64,000 bases of DNA, taken from Narcine bancroftii (taxonomy: Eukaryota). Made by a program: the position numbers and the translations under genes. The notes beneath the pieces were generated by a model. It was not told where the DNA came from and made no database searches. It saw only the letters and a list, made by a program, of their open reading frames with translations. Position 1 is the stretch's first letter. Every line of letters starts with the position of its first letter. The stretch is taken from contig NC_091471.1 of NCBI RefSeq assembly GCF_036971445.1, forward strand, positions 191,518,001 through 191,582,000, read 5' to 3'. Positions 63,249 through 64,000 of this stretch are shown here, piece after piece.

Positions 63249-63450
63249 ATTGGATAGCACAGGTATTAGAGTATTGGTTATGTAAACCCAGGAATCATGA
63301 GTTCGTTCCTCACTGGGGCCTCGTTTCTGTGAAGGGCTCTAGAGAAAATGGAGACTCTCTATCTTCCTTAAGGTAGACAAAGTTAAAGAATTTCATGCAT
63401 CTTACATTCTAAATGTAGTAGTATGTGACAACAGTGGAACCTCTACATTT
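63249..63450 (+). mobile_element. SINE-like element with tRNA-Thr(TGT)-derived head
   Basis: ATAGCACAGG..TTAGAG..TGGT..TGTAAACC.AGG..GAGTTC..CTC.CTGGGGCCT is colinear with vertebrate tRNA-Thr-TGT; followed by a body and a TATGTGACAA tail. Confidence 0.55.
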
Positions 63451-63882
63451 ATCTTTAAATAGCTGAAGCCCTAGCACACATTCCAATGACACCCATGTGT
63501 GACAGAATGTCAACTTAAAATACCCCATTTTTCCTAAACCTGTTTTATGCCAGAATGTTACAGGTGTTTGATGGTAATTTTTAAAATTTGAGATTGATTG
63601 ATTCTGTTTACCATTTTTGGCATGAAGTGAATTGGGGAAAATTAGCTATCTGAAGTTAGGATAAACCTCAAATTTTATTTTACTGAACAGTGAAATTGTG
63701 GTTAAGGATGTTAACTGATATAGCCCTATTCCTATATTACTTCAGATTTTTCAGTATTTGTACACTGTATTGAATAAACTAGAGCACTAGGCTGAATAAG
63801 CCATGACCCTAACTCTAATCCTAAACACAAAAACTGCAGAAGCTAAAGCTAAAAAAAACTCGCTGTGTTTTCAAATTCAACA

Positions 63883-63967
63883 GGTTGAGCAGCATCAGTG
63901 GAAGAAAAGGTGTGGTCGATATTTTAGGCCGACATTGTTTTGTCTTTTCCACTGATGCTGCTCAACC
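63883..63967. repeat. Hairpin with perfect 21-bp arms (inverted Penelope termini)
   Basis: GGTTGAGCAGCATCAGTGGAA (63883-63903) / TTCCACTGATGCTGCTCAACC (63947-63967). Confidence 0.9.
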
Positions 63968-64000
63968 CGCTGAGTTCCTCCTAAAGATCGGGTTCCACTC

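Overview
Eukaryotic, vertebrate-type genomic DNA dominated by transposable elements. The repeat mix (CR1, V-type tRNA-SINEs, Deu-domain SINE relics, Penelope, Rex1/Babar, fish-type L1) suggests a cartilaginous fish; this is an inference. I could not support any host protein-coding exon, and all long ORFs are TE-derived. Main contents: a near-complete CR1 ORF2 (1424-4312); four copies of a young RTE-clade LINE, one with a twin-priming 5' inversion; a decayed two-gene, intron-containing PIF/Harbinger transposon plus related MITEs; a two-LTR Gypsy element with a tRNA-Trp PBS and a deleted RT core; an older Gypsy relic with three-level nesting; at least six unrelated solo LTRs; Penelope relics with a decayed hammerhead-like motif; an intron-retaining tRNA-Arg(TCT) pseudogene abutting a SINE; and two local templated duplications. 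I found no convincing wholly new biological system. The best leads are mechanistic TE-integration signatures. Boundaries of old repeats are approximate (tens of bp); TSD-defined ones were read by hand.
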